The notes under the pieces are model-generated. The model had not been told where the DNA came from, searched no databases, and saw only the letters and a program-made list of their open reading frames with translations. Shown here in pieces: positions 55,940 through 64,000 of a stretch of 64,000 nt of DNA. This DNA comes from Nitrospirota bacterium (GTDB lineage Bacteria; Nitrospirota; UBA9217). The position numbers and the translations under genes were made by a program. The DNA lies in the NCBI GenBank assembly GCA_029858565.1, contig JAOUEV010000005.1, positions 32,001 through 96,000 on the forward strand, read 5' to 3'. Each line of letters begins with the position of its first letter. Positions within the stretch are counted from its first letter, which is position 1.

Positions 55940-57076
55940 TCACTGTTTCAGCTTCAAGGCGGTCTTGACCAGGATCTTCCACTGCTCTGCCGCGCCGGGA
56001 CGATTCGCCTTGATCTCGTCGCACAGGGCCTCCTCGTTCCTTGGAGGCACCGTTGCCGACGGATTCTGCAGAAGCTTGATCGACTGGGACGGGCAGGTCG
56101 GCACGCAGAGGCCGCAGCCAATGCACCTGCTCCTGTTGACCATGGCCTCGCCTCCCGGACCGGACAGGCTGATCGCTCCTACCTGGCACCGCTCCGCGCA
56201 GGTTCCGCAATGCACGCAGGTAGCTGCGGTCACTTCCGCGGAGTAGGTGCTCGCCCAGAAATCCACGGGACGGCGAAGGAACTTCTGGTACGCCAGCATG
56301 CCGCAGCAGCATCCGCAGCAGGAGCAGACGAACTCGGGCTGCTGCGCGTTCGCCGGCTGCAGCACCAGGCCGTCCTCCTCGTTCTTTTCCAGGATGGCCA
56401 TGACCACCTCCCGGTCGAGTTCCCTTCCATGACCGCGGCGCAGGACCATGGCTGCCATGTCGCCGAAGGCAAGACAGGTCTCATCGCGTGATGTCTTGGC
56501 GCAGGGCCTGTTCCGCATGGCGCTGCTCTTCCGGCAGATGCAGGGAAGCACCGCATAGGGGCCGGAAGACTCTTTCACCAGCGCCCGGATGCTATCGTAC
56601 GTGGCAACATGATGCTCAACAGAAATGCTCTTGTTGATGGGAATGGTCCGCATCTGGGAAGGTTTGACCGAGAGGAATGACTTCCCAAAGCTCAGGGTCT
56701 TCATGTAGGCGTCCGCGTCATAGAGGAACTCCAGCGACGGATTGCCGTCCTGGGCCTCGTACATGCCGATGAGCAGCGGCAACAGGTACCAATAGGAGGC
56801 GCCGGCTCGTTCCTTCCACCCCAGGGCGCCCCTCTGGAACATGCTTTCCAGCAGGCTGTCCGTCTGTGCTGCGGAGAATCCAGCGGCAGCGCGATCGATG
56901 ATCAGGTCCCGGTGAGCCGGCTGGTAGGTGAGGTGCAGGGCGAGCTTTGCTTCATCAGGCGTGAACAGCCGTTTGAGCAGCCGGATGTCGGCCCCGGTCT
57001 TTATTGACGGGAACCCGACGGCCTGATCATCAAGGTGCTGCTGGAGGATGCGGTAGATAGTGTCGCTGTCGGTCAT
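55940..57076 (-). CDS. Multi-[4Fe-4S] protein (ferredoxin-like C-domain)
   Basis: CICR, CSCCGCCCG, CVHCGTCAERC, CIGCGLCVPTCP. Confidence 0.85.
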   Translation of the reverse strand: MTDSDTIYRILQQHLDDQAVGFPSIKTGADIRLLKRLFTPDEAKLALHLTYQPAHRDLIIDRAAAGFSAAQTDSLLESMFQRGALGWKERAGASYWYLLPLLIGMYEAQDGNPSLEFLYDADAYMKTLSFGKSFLSVKPSQMRTIPINKSISVEHHVATYDSIRALVKESSGPYAVLPCICRKSSAMRNRPCAKTSRDETCLAFGDMAAMVLRRGHGRELDREVVMAILEKNEEDGLVLQPANAQQPEFVCSCCGCCCGMLAYQKFLRRPVDFWASTYSAEVTAATCVHCGTCAERCQVGAISLSGPGGEAMVNRSRCIGCGLCVPTCPSQSIKLLQNPSATVPPRNEEALCDEIKANRPGAAEQWKILVKTALKLKQ

Positions 57077-57124
57077 GGGATCGCTCCGGAGTGATCCGCT
57101 GAATGAAAAGGATCTGGGTGGACC

Positions 57125-58495
57125 TCACCCAACCACATTATACTCCCGCACGCGATACTTGGCGCCGAGCTCTTCCGCGATCCTGCGGCAGGCTTCGATG
57201 TCCACTTCCGGCGCTGAAACGACCGTGGCGGTGACATCGGGAATATACTTGGTCGCTTCCTTGATGAATTCCTTCACCGCGTCATAGGTCTGCGGTCCGA
57301 ACTTGGGCTGGGAGAGCCTTGCGTAGACCTCGGCATTCTGGCCGTTCAGGCTGACGCTCACCGCGTCCACAAGGCCCTGAAGCTCCGGCAGGATATTCCG
57401 TTTGTGGATCAGGTTGCCATGGCCGTTCGTGTCGATCCGGACCTTGCCGCCCTTCTTCTTCACTTCCGCGGCAACCGCCTTGATCACCTCGATCCGCAGG
57501 GTCGGCTCCCCGTACCCGCAGAACACGATCTCGTCATACCTCTTCGGATCGCCGATCTCCTTGATGAGATCATCTGCGGTCGGCTCCTCGGCAAGCCGGA
57601 GATTGTGACCTTTCACATAATCGGTGAAGTAGCGCACGCAGAACGTGCATGCCGAAGTGCAGCGGTTCGTGACATTGAGGTACAGCGAGTTCCTGATGGG
57701 ATAGGTGATCTTGCCTTTTTTCGGGACATCTCCGATGCCGAAAAGCTGCATGGCATTGAAGCTCGTGATCCGCGCCACGTCATCGAAGGATAATCCCTTT
57801 GCCTTCGCGATCTCTTCGGCCGTGAACCGGACATAGGCGGGCTCGTTCCGTTTTCCGCGGTATGCCTGGGGAGCGAGATAGGGAGCATCGGTCTCGATCA
57901 GCATCTGCTCGATCGGCACCTGCTTCACCACGTCCCGCAAAACCTGGGCCTTGGGAAAGGTGACCGGCCCGGCAATGGAAATGTAAAATCCCAGGTCCAT
58001 GAGCTGCCGGGCATACTCGATGTCCCCGGAAAAACAGTGCATGATCCCGCCGAGCACCGGGTCCCAGGCCTCTTTCAGGATCCTGAGCGTATCCTCGTGA
58101 GCATCCCGGTCGTGGACAATTATCGGCAGCTGCAGTTCTCGGGCCTCGTGCAGCATGTCCCGGAACTTGCGCTGCTGCACCGACCGCTGGGTGTGTTCGT
58201 AGTAGTAATCCAGGCCGATCTCGCCGTAGGCGACCACCTTCTTGTGCTTCGCGAAATGGCGGATGACCTCATAGGCGGGATGGAGGATGTCCTTGGCCTC
58301 GTGGGGATGGATGCCCACGGCCGCGTACACGCAGTCGTGTTTCTCAGCAAGCAGCACCGCGTCGCGGCTTGATTCGACCGTAGTGCCGATGGTGATGATA
58401 TAGTCAACGCCCGCTTCTTTTGCGCGCTTGATCACCTCGTCGCGGTCTTCGTTGAACTCGCGCATTTCGAGATGCGCGTGGGTGTCGATGAGCAC
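57125..58495 (-). CDS. tatD: TatD hydrolase fused to TatD-associated radical SAM domain
   Basis: IDTHAHL, GIHPH, GEIGLDY, HCFSG, ETDAPYL; then YLNVTNRCTSACTFC (CxxxCxxC), FCGYGEP, DTNG. Confidence 0.9.
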   Translation of the reverse strand: MLIDTHAHLEMREFNEDRDEVIKRAKEAGVDYIITIGTTVESSRDAVLLAEKHDCVYAAVGIHPHEAKDILHPAYEVIRHFAKHKKVVAYGEIGLDYYYEHTQRSVQQRKFRDMLHEARELQLPIIVHDRDAHEDTLRILKEAWDPVLGGIMHCFSGDIEYARQLMDLGFYISIAGPVTFPKAQVLRDVVKQVPIEQMLIETDAPYLAPQAYRGKRNEPAYVRFTAEEIAKAKGLSFDDVARITSFNAMQLFGIGDVPKKGKITYPIRNSLYLNVTNRCTSACTFCVRYFTDYVKGHNLRLAEEPTADDLIKEIGDPKRYDEIVFCGYGEPTLRIEVIKAVAAEVKKKGGKVRIDTNGHGNLIHKRNILPELQGLVDAVSVSLNGQNAEVYARLSQPKFGPQTYDAVKEFIKEATKYIPDVTATVVSAPEVDIEACRRIAEELGAKYRVREYNVVG

Positions 58496-58511
58496 TTTTC
58501 AAACCTCGTGG

Positions 58512-58586
58512 AACGTGATAGGTGAGACGTGAAACGGAAAACGTGAAGGATATCCATCCCTCACGTCTCACGTCTTACGTCTCACG
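58512..58586. repeat. Inverted 7-bp tandem arrays (GACGTGA / TCACGTC)
   Basis: aacgtga-taggtga-gacgtga-aacggaa-aacgtga versus tcacgtc-tcacgtc-ttacgtc-tcacg. Confidence 0.85.
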
Positions 58587-58597
58587 GGGAGCTATGT

Positions 58598-60604
58598 TTA
58601 TTTCACTTTCGCGCCCGGCGCGATCTCCTTGTCCGGCGTCACCACGGAAAGGATCTCACCGCTGCTCGCGGCCAGAAGCATGCCCTGGGACTCGACGCCC
58701 ATGAGCTTGGCGGGCTTCAGGTTCGCAACGATCACGATCTGCTTGTCCAGGAGTTGCTCGGGCGCGTAGTGTTTGCCGATGCCGGCCACGACCTGCCGCA
58801 CCTCGGTGCCGATGTCCACCTTGAGCTTCACAAGCTTGTCCGATTTTTCCACCCGCTCTGCCTGCACGATCTTCCCGACCCGGAGCTGGACCTTGGCGAA
58901 GTCCTCGATGCCGATAAGGTCTGTTCCCGCTGCAGCGGGTTTATCCGCTGGTTTCTGTTCTTCCGGCTTTGTTTCCATTTTCTTTCCTTCTTTTTTCGTT
59001 TTATCAGCGTTGATCATGGTCGATCCGCGTCCTGTGTCCTTTTTTGTATCGATCCTCGGGAAGAGCTGGCCCCCGGGACAGATCGCCGTCCCTGCCTGGA
59101 TCAATCCCCAGGACAGCTCATCTTCGAGCAGGGATGCGGAGATCTGCTTATCCATGCCGATACAATTCCAAATGCTCTGGCTCGTTCCCGGCATGACCGG
59201 ATAGAGATGGAGTGCGACCAAACGGAGCGCTTCGGCAAGATTGTACATCACCGTTGCAAGGCGGCCCATATCATTCTTTTTTGCCAGGGTCCAGGGTGCG
59301 TTCTCCTCCACGTACCGGTTCGCCCGGGTCACAAGCTGCCAGACGCTATGGAGATATTTGTTGAACGCAAGCTGGTTAAGATCGGCTTCCACCGCTGCAG
59401 GAATGGCGCAAGCCGTCTCCCGCAGTTCGCGGTCCGTCTGATGTTCATCCCGCGCGGCCGGCACCTTGCCGTCGAAATATTTGCTCACCATGGTCAGGAC
59501 GCGCGACAAGAGGTTCCCGAGATCGTTCGCCAATTCGGTGTTGAACCGAGTAACAAAGGTCTCGGTCGAATAATCGCCGTCCAGGCCAAAGGGCACTTCA
59601 CGCAGTACGAAAAATCGGAACGCATCCGGACCGTAGGTATCCACCACCTCGTTCGGATCGATCACGTTGCCGATGGACTTGGACATCTTTTTTCCGTCGC
59701 GTGTCCACCAGCCGTGGGCAAAGATGTTCCTCGGCAGCGGCAGCTCCAGCGCCATGAGCATGGTGGACCAGTACACGCTGTGGGTGGTCAGGATGTCCTT
59801 GCCCACGAGGTGATGGTCGGCCGGCCACCAGAAGGATTCCCGCGTCTTCGGGTCCGTGGAGCCCTTTGCCGCGGGGCTCAGATACCGCGTTGCCGAATAA
59901 TAATTCGTCAGCGCATCGAACCAGACGTAGGTCACAAAGTCCCGGTCAAAGGGGAGCTCAATGCCCCAGGCAAGCCGCGCTTTCGGCCGCGAGATGCAAA
60001 GGTCGCCGAGCTTGTGGGTCGTAAGGAATCCCAGCACCTCGTTCCGGCGCGATTCCGGCCTGATGAACGTCGGATCATCGGTGATGTGCCTGATCAGCCG
60101 GTCCTGGTATTTGCTCATCAGGAAGAAGTAGTTATCCTCCTGGATCTGCTCCACCTGCCTGCCGCAATCCGGGCACTTGCCGTCGACAATATCCTTCTCG
60201 GTCCAGAACCGCTCGTCGGGCGTGCAGTACCACCCCTCGTAGGTGCGGCGCTCGATCTCGCCCTTGTCAAAGAGCTTCTGCAGGAACTCCTGCACGACCG
60301 CGATATGCTCCTTGTCCGTAGTGCGGATAAAAGCGTCGTTCGTGATCTCGAGCTTTTCCCAGAGCTTCCGGAAATTGACCGAGAGCAGGTCCGCGTGCTC
60401 CTTCGGCGTCCGTCCGCGCTCGTGGGCCGCTTTTTCCACCTTCTGCCCGTGCTCGTCAGTGCCGGTCAGGAAAAAGACCGGATCGCCCTTGAGGCGGTGG
60501 TAGCGGGCCAGGACATCGGCCGCGATCGTGGTATACGCATGGCCGATGTGCGGCACATCGTTCACGTAGTAGATCGGTGTGGTTATGTAGAATTTCTTCT
60601 GCAT
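58598..60604 (-). CDS. metG: Methionine--tRNA ligase with C-terminal tRNA-binding domain
   Basis: TTPIYYVN, HIGH, GTDEHG, YVWFDAL, KMSKS; C-terminal NLKPAKLMGVESQGM. Start MQKKFY at 60604. Confidence 0.96.
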   Translation of the reverse strand: MQKKFYITTPIYYVNDVPHIGHAYTTIAADVLARYHRLKGDPVFFLTGTDEHGQKVEKAAHERGRTPKEHADLLSVNFRKLWEKLEITNDAFIRTTDKEHIAVVQEFLQKLFDKGEIERRTYEGWYCTPDERFWTEKDIVDGKCPDCGRQVEQIQEDNYFFLMSKYQDRLIRHITDDPTFIRPESRRNEVLGFLTTHKLGDLCISRPKARLAWGIELPFDRDFVTYVWFDALTNYYSATRYLSPAAKGSTDPKTRESFWWPADHHLVGKDILTTHSVYWSTMLMALELPLPRNIFAHGWWTRDGKKMSKSIGNVIDPNEVVDTYGPDAFRFFVLREVPFGLDGDYSTETFVTRFNTELANDLGNLLSRVLTMVSKYFDGKVPAARDEHQTDRELRETACAIPAAVEADLNQLAFNKYLHSVWQLVTRANRYVEENAPWTLAKKNDMGRLATVMYNLAEALRLVALHLYPVMPGTSQSIWNCIGMDKQISASLLEDELSWGLIQAGTAICPGGQLFPRIDTKKDTGRGSTMINADKTKKEGKKMETKPEEQKPADKPAAAGTDLIGIEDFAKVQLRVGKIVQAERVEKSDKLVKLKVDIGTEVRQVVAGIGKHYAPEQLLDKQIVIVANLKPAKLMGVESQGMLLAASSGEILSVVTPDKEIAPGAKVK
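59003..59032. repeat. 10-bp-period array inside the metG linker
   Basis: atcagcgttg-atcatggtcg-atccgcgtcc. Confidence 0.5.
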
Positions 60605-60649
60605 CTGGTCGTTAAAATCTGCTTCAAGTTTCCCCGTAAAAAAAATCAT

Positions 60650-60724
60650 TCCCACACAACGCCGCGAAGATCACAGAGAAATCCCCAAATTTTGTTCTTC
60701 GTGACTTCGTGTCTTCGTGTGAGA
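60650..60724. repeat. Inverted CACGAAG-triplet element (variant of the CGCAAAG family)
   Basis: tcccacacaacgccgcgaagatcacagagaa versus ttcttcgtgacttcgtgtcttcgtgtgaga. Confidence 0.7.
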
Positions 60725-60772
60725 TCGCCCTGCTTGTTGACCTGAGATTTACCTCATTATGATTCAGCTATC

Positions 60773-62149
60773 TTACTGTCCGCTCGGCGGCTGAGGAGCT
60801 CCTCCGCCCGGTTGCCCGCCGCCTTGTTGACCACCGCCGCCCTTCTTTTTCTTCTTCCAGAAACGACGCCGTCTCCGGCCGCCTCCGGTCTTTTCACCCG
60901 CCTGCTGCCCTTCCTGCGGTTCCTGTCCCGGTTCGATCGGCGTCTGTTCGGATCCGGGCTGCTTATCAGGACGGAGCTGCTGCTCCGGTCGCGGTTGTTG
61001 TTTCTGCGGCTGCCGCTGCTGCTGTTGTTTCTGCTGCTGTTTTTGCGGCGGTTTCCCCTGCTGCTTGTCCCGCTGTTTCTGCTCCTGCGGCTGCCGCTGT
61101 TTCTGCTCTTTCTGGTCCTGCTGGCCTTCCCTGCGCTTCTCGGGCTTGCGGCCCTCGCGCTGCTGGTCCCCGGTTTTCTGTTTTTCCCGCTTCTGCTCCT
61201 GACGTCTGCGGTCGTCTTCCTTGCGCTGCTGGTCCTCGGCAAGCTTGCGTTCCTCGGCCTCGCGCCGTTCCTCCGCGACCTTGCGTTCTTTCTCTTCGAA
61301 CTTCTCGCGGGCCGCGGCCTCTTTCATTCCCGCGATGTCCTTCTTGATCTCATCGTACATGGTGAATTCATAGGAGAGACAGCACAGGAGCCTGCCGCAG
61401 ATCCCTGAGATCTTCGCGGGATTCAGCACCATTTCCTGCTTCTTTGCCATGCGGATCGATACCGGTTCAAAACCCCGGAGATAGGAGGTGCAGCACAGTT
61501 CTCTGCCGCAGGGGCCGAAGCCGCCGATCATACGGGCGACATCGCGGACGCCCACCTGCCGCATCTCGATCCGGCTCCGGAGCTTGTGCGCAAGGTCCTT
61601 CACCAGGTCCCGGAAGTCGATCCGGTTCTCGGAAAAGAAGTAGAAGGTGACGCGGGTCGCGTCGAATGAATACTCGGCGCGGATCAGTTTCATGGCCAGC
61701 TCGCGCTCAGAGACCAGCTCCTGGCAGATCTTGTAAGCTTCGGCCTCGCGTTCGCGGTTCTTCGCAGCGCGCTGCAGATCGTCGTCCGTGGCCTTGCGAA
61801 TTATTTTACGCTGCCCTTTGGACTGCGGTTGCGGCTGGGATGGGGGTTGGGACTGGGCTTTTGCCGCCGAGCCGGGTGTCTCCACCTCGATCTCGATCTC
61901 CTCTTCCTGTTCCTTGCCGTTCTCCTTCCGTCCGGACTGAACGGACTGGCCGTTCTGACCCTTCTGGTCTGCAGCGGGCTTCGGCGGAAGCGGCATGGCT
62001 TCGGCCTCGCGAACGCGCACCACGCGGGCAAAACCCTGCCCGCGGTCGGACTCGACGATCACGCTGTCCCCCACGGAGACGGGGACCTCGGTCGTGTCAA
62101 AATCGTAGATTCTCCAGTTTTCAGGGAATCGAACACCTGCTATTTTCAT
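60773..62149 (-). CDS. PSP1/YaaT (RicT) family protein with low-complexity insert and tail
   Basis: RIDFRDLVKDLA..RIEMRQVGVRD..GPCGRELCC..KISGICGRLLCCL; located between holB and metG. Confidence 0.9.
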   Translation of the reverse strand: MKIAGVRFPENWRIYDFDTTEVPVSVGDSVIVESDRGQGFARVVRVREAEAMPLPPKPAADQKGQNGQSVQSGRKENGKEQEEEIEIEVETPGSAAKAQSQPPSQPQPQSKGQRKIIRKATDDDLQRAAKNREREAEAYKICQELVSERELAMKLIRAEYSFDATRVTFYFFSENRIDFRDLVKDLAHKLRSRIEMRQVGVRDVARMIGGFGPCGRELCCTSYLRGFEPVSIRMAKKQEMVLNPAKISGICGRLLCCLSYEFTMYDEIKKDIAGMKEAAAREKFEEKERKVAEERREAEERKLAEDQQRKEDDRRRQEQKREKQKTGDQQREGRKPEKRREGQQDQKEQKQRQPQEQKQRDKQQGKPPQKQQQKQQQQRQPQKQQPRPEQQLRPDKQPGSEQTPIEPGQEPQEGQQAGEKTGGGRRRRRFWKKKKKGGGGQQGGGQPGGGAPQPPSGQ

Positions 62150-62334
62150 GATGGTTTCTGGCTTCCTTCACCCGGGATCGCGCGGCGCGCCCCCTGCTGC
62201 GGCCCTGTTCCCGGGCCGACGGTGAACACAATAATACCCTTTTCCCGGGGGATGCACAATCGTTTTTCAGCAGGGACCGGTGGTTGATTAAGGAGCAGGG
62301 CAAGTTACGCACGGAGCATCGGACCGGGCAGGGA

Positions 62335-63300
62335 TCAGGTCCCCCGGAGCTTGAGAAAAAGGTTTTCCGCCACCAGCTGGGCGCTCACCCGCCGCTCCAG
62401 GAGCGACCGGCTCGCGGTAAAAAGGTCAAAGTCCGCAAGCAGCCGGGGACGGGACAACAGCTCCGCAGCGATGCTCCCGGGAAAGGTCAGGAGTCGTTCG
62501 TCGCCGGTCTCCAGATAGACGAGCCGGTCGCGCAGCAGCTCCACCCCCATATCGATCAGCCGCTCGAACCCATCCCGGTCCTTGGCCACTCCGTCCGCCA
62601 GGCCGAGGACCTCATCATTGCGCATGCTTCCCAGTGATGCAAGCAGGACCGCGACGTTCTCGCGCGCCGTTCGTTCCTCAGCTGCGTCCATGGCCAGCGC
62701 CCTGCCGAGACTCCCCCTGCTGAGCCCCGCAAGGAACCATGCGTCCGCCTCGTCAAGCGAGCGTCTCTCCCGCAGGACCTCCGCGATAGTGGTGCGCGGA
62801 AGAGGCTGAAACTGCAGTTCCTGGCAGCGCGACCGGATGGTGATCAAAAGGCTCCGGGGCATGGAGGTGACCAGGATGATGAGGGATTCACCGGGCGGCT
62901 CCTCCAGCGTCTTGAGGAAAGCGTTCGACGAAGCATCGTTCAGCGCATCTGCGCCGTCAACGATCAGCACCTTTCGCTGCCCCTCGAAGGGCCGGAGCGA
63001 CATATCCGCCTGCGCTTCCCGGACCTGATCGATCTTGATCTCCGTGCCGTCGGGCACGAGCAGATGCACGTCCGGGTGGCTCCTTGCAGCGATCTTCCGA
63101 CACGAGGGGCAGACTCCGCATCCGCCGTCAGAACCGGCTGAGGGGCAGTTCAATGCCGCGGCCAGCGCGTACGCCGCCATGACCTTGCCGATCCCCGCTT
63201 CACCCGAGAACAGGTAGGCGTGGGCAAGAGCGTTGTTGGCAATGGCCCGTTTCAGGATGGAAAGGGGCCGTTCATGGCCGATGATGGAGGAGAAGGACAT
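62335..63300 (-). CDS. holB: DNA polymerase III delta-prime
   Basis: HAYLFSGEAGIGK, CGVCPSC, HPD, NAFLKTLEEPP, TIRSRC. Confidence 0.95.
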   Translation of the reverse strand: MSFSSIIGHERPLSILKRAIANNALAHAYLFSGEAGIGKVMAAYALAAALNCPSAGSDGGCGVCPSCRKIAARSHPDVHLLVPDGTEIKIDQVREAQADMSLRPFEGQRKVLIVDGADALNDASSNAFLKTLEEPPGESLIILVTSMPRSLLITIRSRCQELQFQPLPRTTIAEVLRERRSLDEADAWFLAGLSRGSLGRALAMDAAEERTARENVAVLLASLGSMRNDEVLGLADGVAKDRDGFERLIDMGVELLRDRLVYLETGDERLLTFPGSIAAELLSRPRLLADFDLFTASRSLLERRVSAQLVAENLFLKLRGT

Positions 63301-63325
63301 GGTCAGATGGTTCTCTTAATGAACT

Positions 63326-63973
63326 TCACCGGTCTTTCGCGAGCAGTTCATCCACGACCTTTTTCAGTTCACCATGGATCGCTTCGGGTGTCCCGCCTGC
63401 GGCCACCAGCCGGAAGCGTGCAGGCTCCGCCCTGGCAAGAGCGAGGTAGCCGTCCCGCACCCGGGAATGGAACTCGATAGCCTCGTTCTCGAACCGCGCC
63501 TCGGCGTGGAGGTTCTGCGAAGAGTTCCTGCCGCGTGCTCGTCCGACGCCGGTCTTCGCATCAATGTCCAGAAGGACCGTGAGACGCGGCCGGAGCCCGG
63601 CGGTCACGATCCGGTCCAGGTCCCGGATCATGGCGATCGAGAGCCCCCTGCCGTAACCCTGGTAGGCCAGCGTGGCATCGGAGAACCGGTCGCACAGCAC
63701 CATGGCGCCCTTCTTGAGCGCCGGGATGATGACCTCATGGAGATGCTGTGAACGGCTGGCGGCGTAGAGGAGCAGTTCTGCGGATGGGTCCATTGCCTTG
63801 TTCGCGGGGTCGAGCAGGACCTTGCGGATCTGGTCGCCGATAGGGGTCCCGCCGGGCTCGCGGGTCAGGACAACGGTCCGTCCTAGGCGCACAAGGTGGT
63901 CGCGCAGGAGCGCGATCTGGGTCGACTTGCCTGAACCTTCGATGCCCTCGAAGGTGATAAAAACACCAGCCAT
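63326..63973 (-). CDS. tmk: Thymidylate kinase
   Basis: FITFEGIEGSGKSTQ, TREPGGT, CDRFSDATLAYQG. Confidence 0.97.
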   Translation of the reverse strand: MAGVFITFEGIEGSGKSTQIALLRDHLVRLGRTVVLTREPGGTPIGDQIRKVLLDPANKAMDPSAELLLYAASRSQHLHEVIIPALKKGAMVLCDRFSDATLAYQGYGRGLSIAMIRDLDRIVTAGLRPRLTVLLDIDAKTGVGRARGRNSSQNLHAEARFENEAIEFHSRVRDGYLALARAEPARFRLVAAGGTPEAIHGELKKVVDELLAKDR

Positions 63974-64000
63974 CTACTTGAGCTCCGACGCGGGGTCGTT
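63974..64000 (-). CDS. 3' end of an unidentified upstream gene
   Basis: Reads NDPASELK-stop, with TAG directly abutting the tmk ATG. Confidence 0.4.
   Translation of the reverse strand, partial: NDPASELK

Overview
A roughly 60% GC bacterial chromosome segment. Gene content and order suggest an anaerobe-leaning Gram-negative such as Nitrospirota or Desulfobacterota (inference only). It is mostly housekeeping on the minus strand: an interrupted tol-pal operon, two moeA genes, a trxB-like reductase, ychF-pth-rplY-prs-tRNA-Gln-spoVG-ispE, an 11-subunit nuoABCDHIJKLMN operon without nuoEFG, fsa/tal, purH, a TatD-radical SAM fusion, metG, PSP1/yaaT, holB and tmk. Plus-strand islands are DsrE-PilT-diguanylate cyclase and a surface lipoprotein / beta-propeller / frameshifted beta-barrel cluster followed by DinG and LOG. 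I saw no transposase, integrase, prophage or CRISPR. The most unusual signal is about 17 short tandem-repeat arrays (periods 7, 8-9, 10 and 11 bp, several unrelated sequences). Many are arranged as two inverted arms, most sit at gene junctions, and some are translated into NuoC, the GlcF-like protein and MetG. NuoL also carries a 26-aa duplication in its lateral helix (a 2M-type hallmark) although the operon has only one nuoM.
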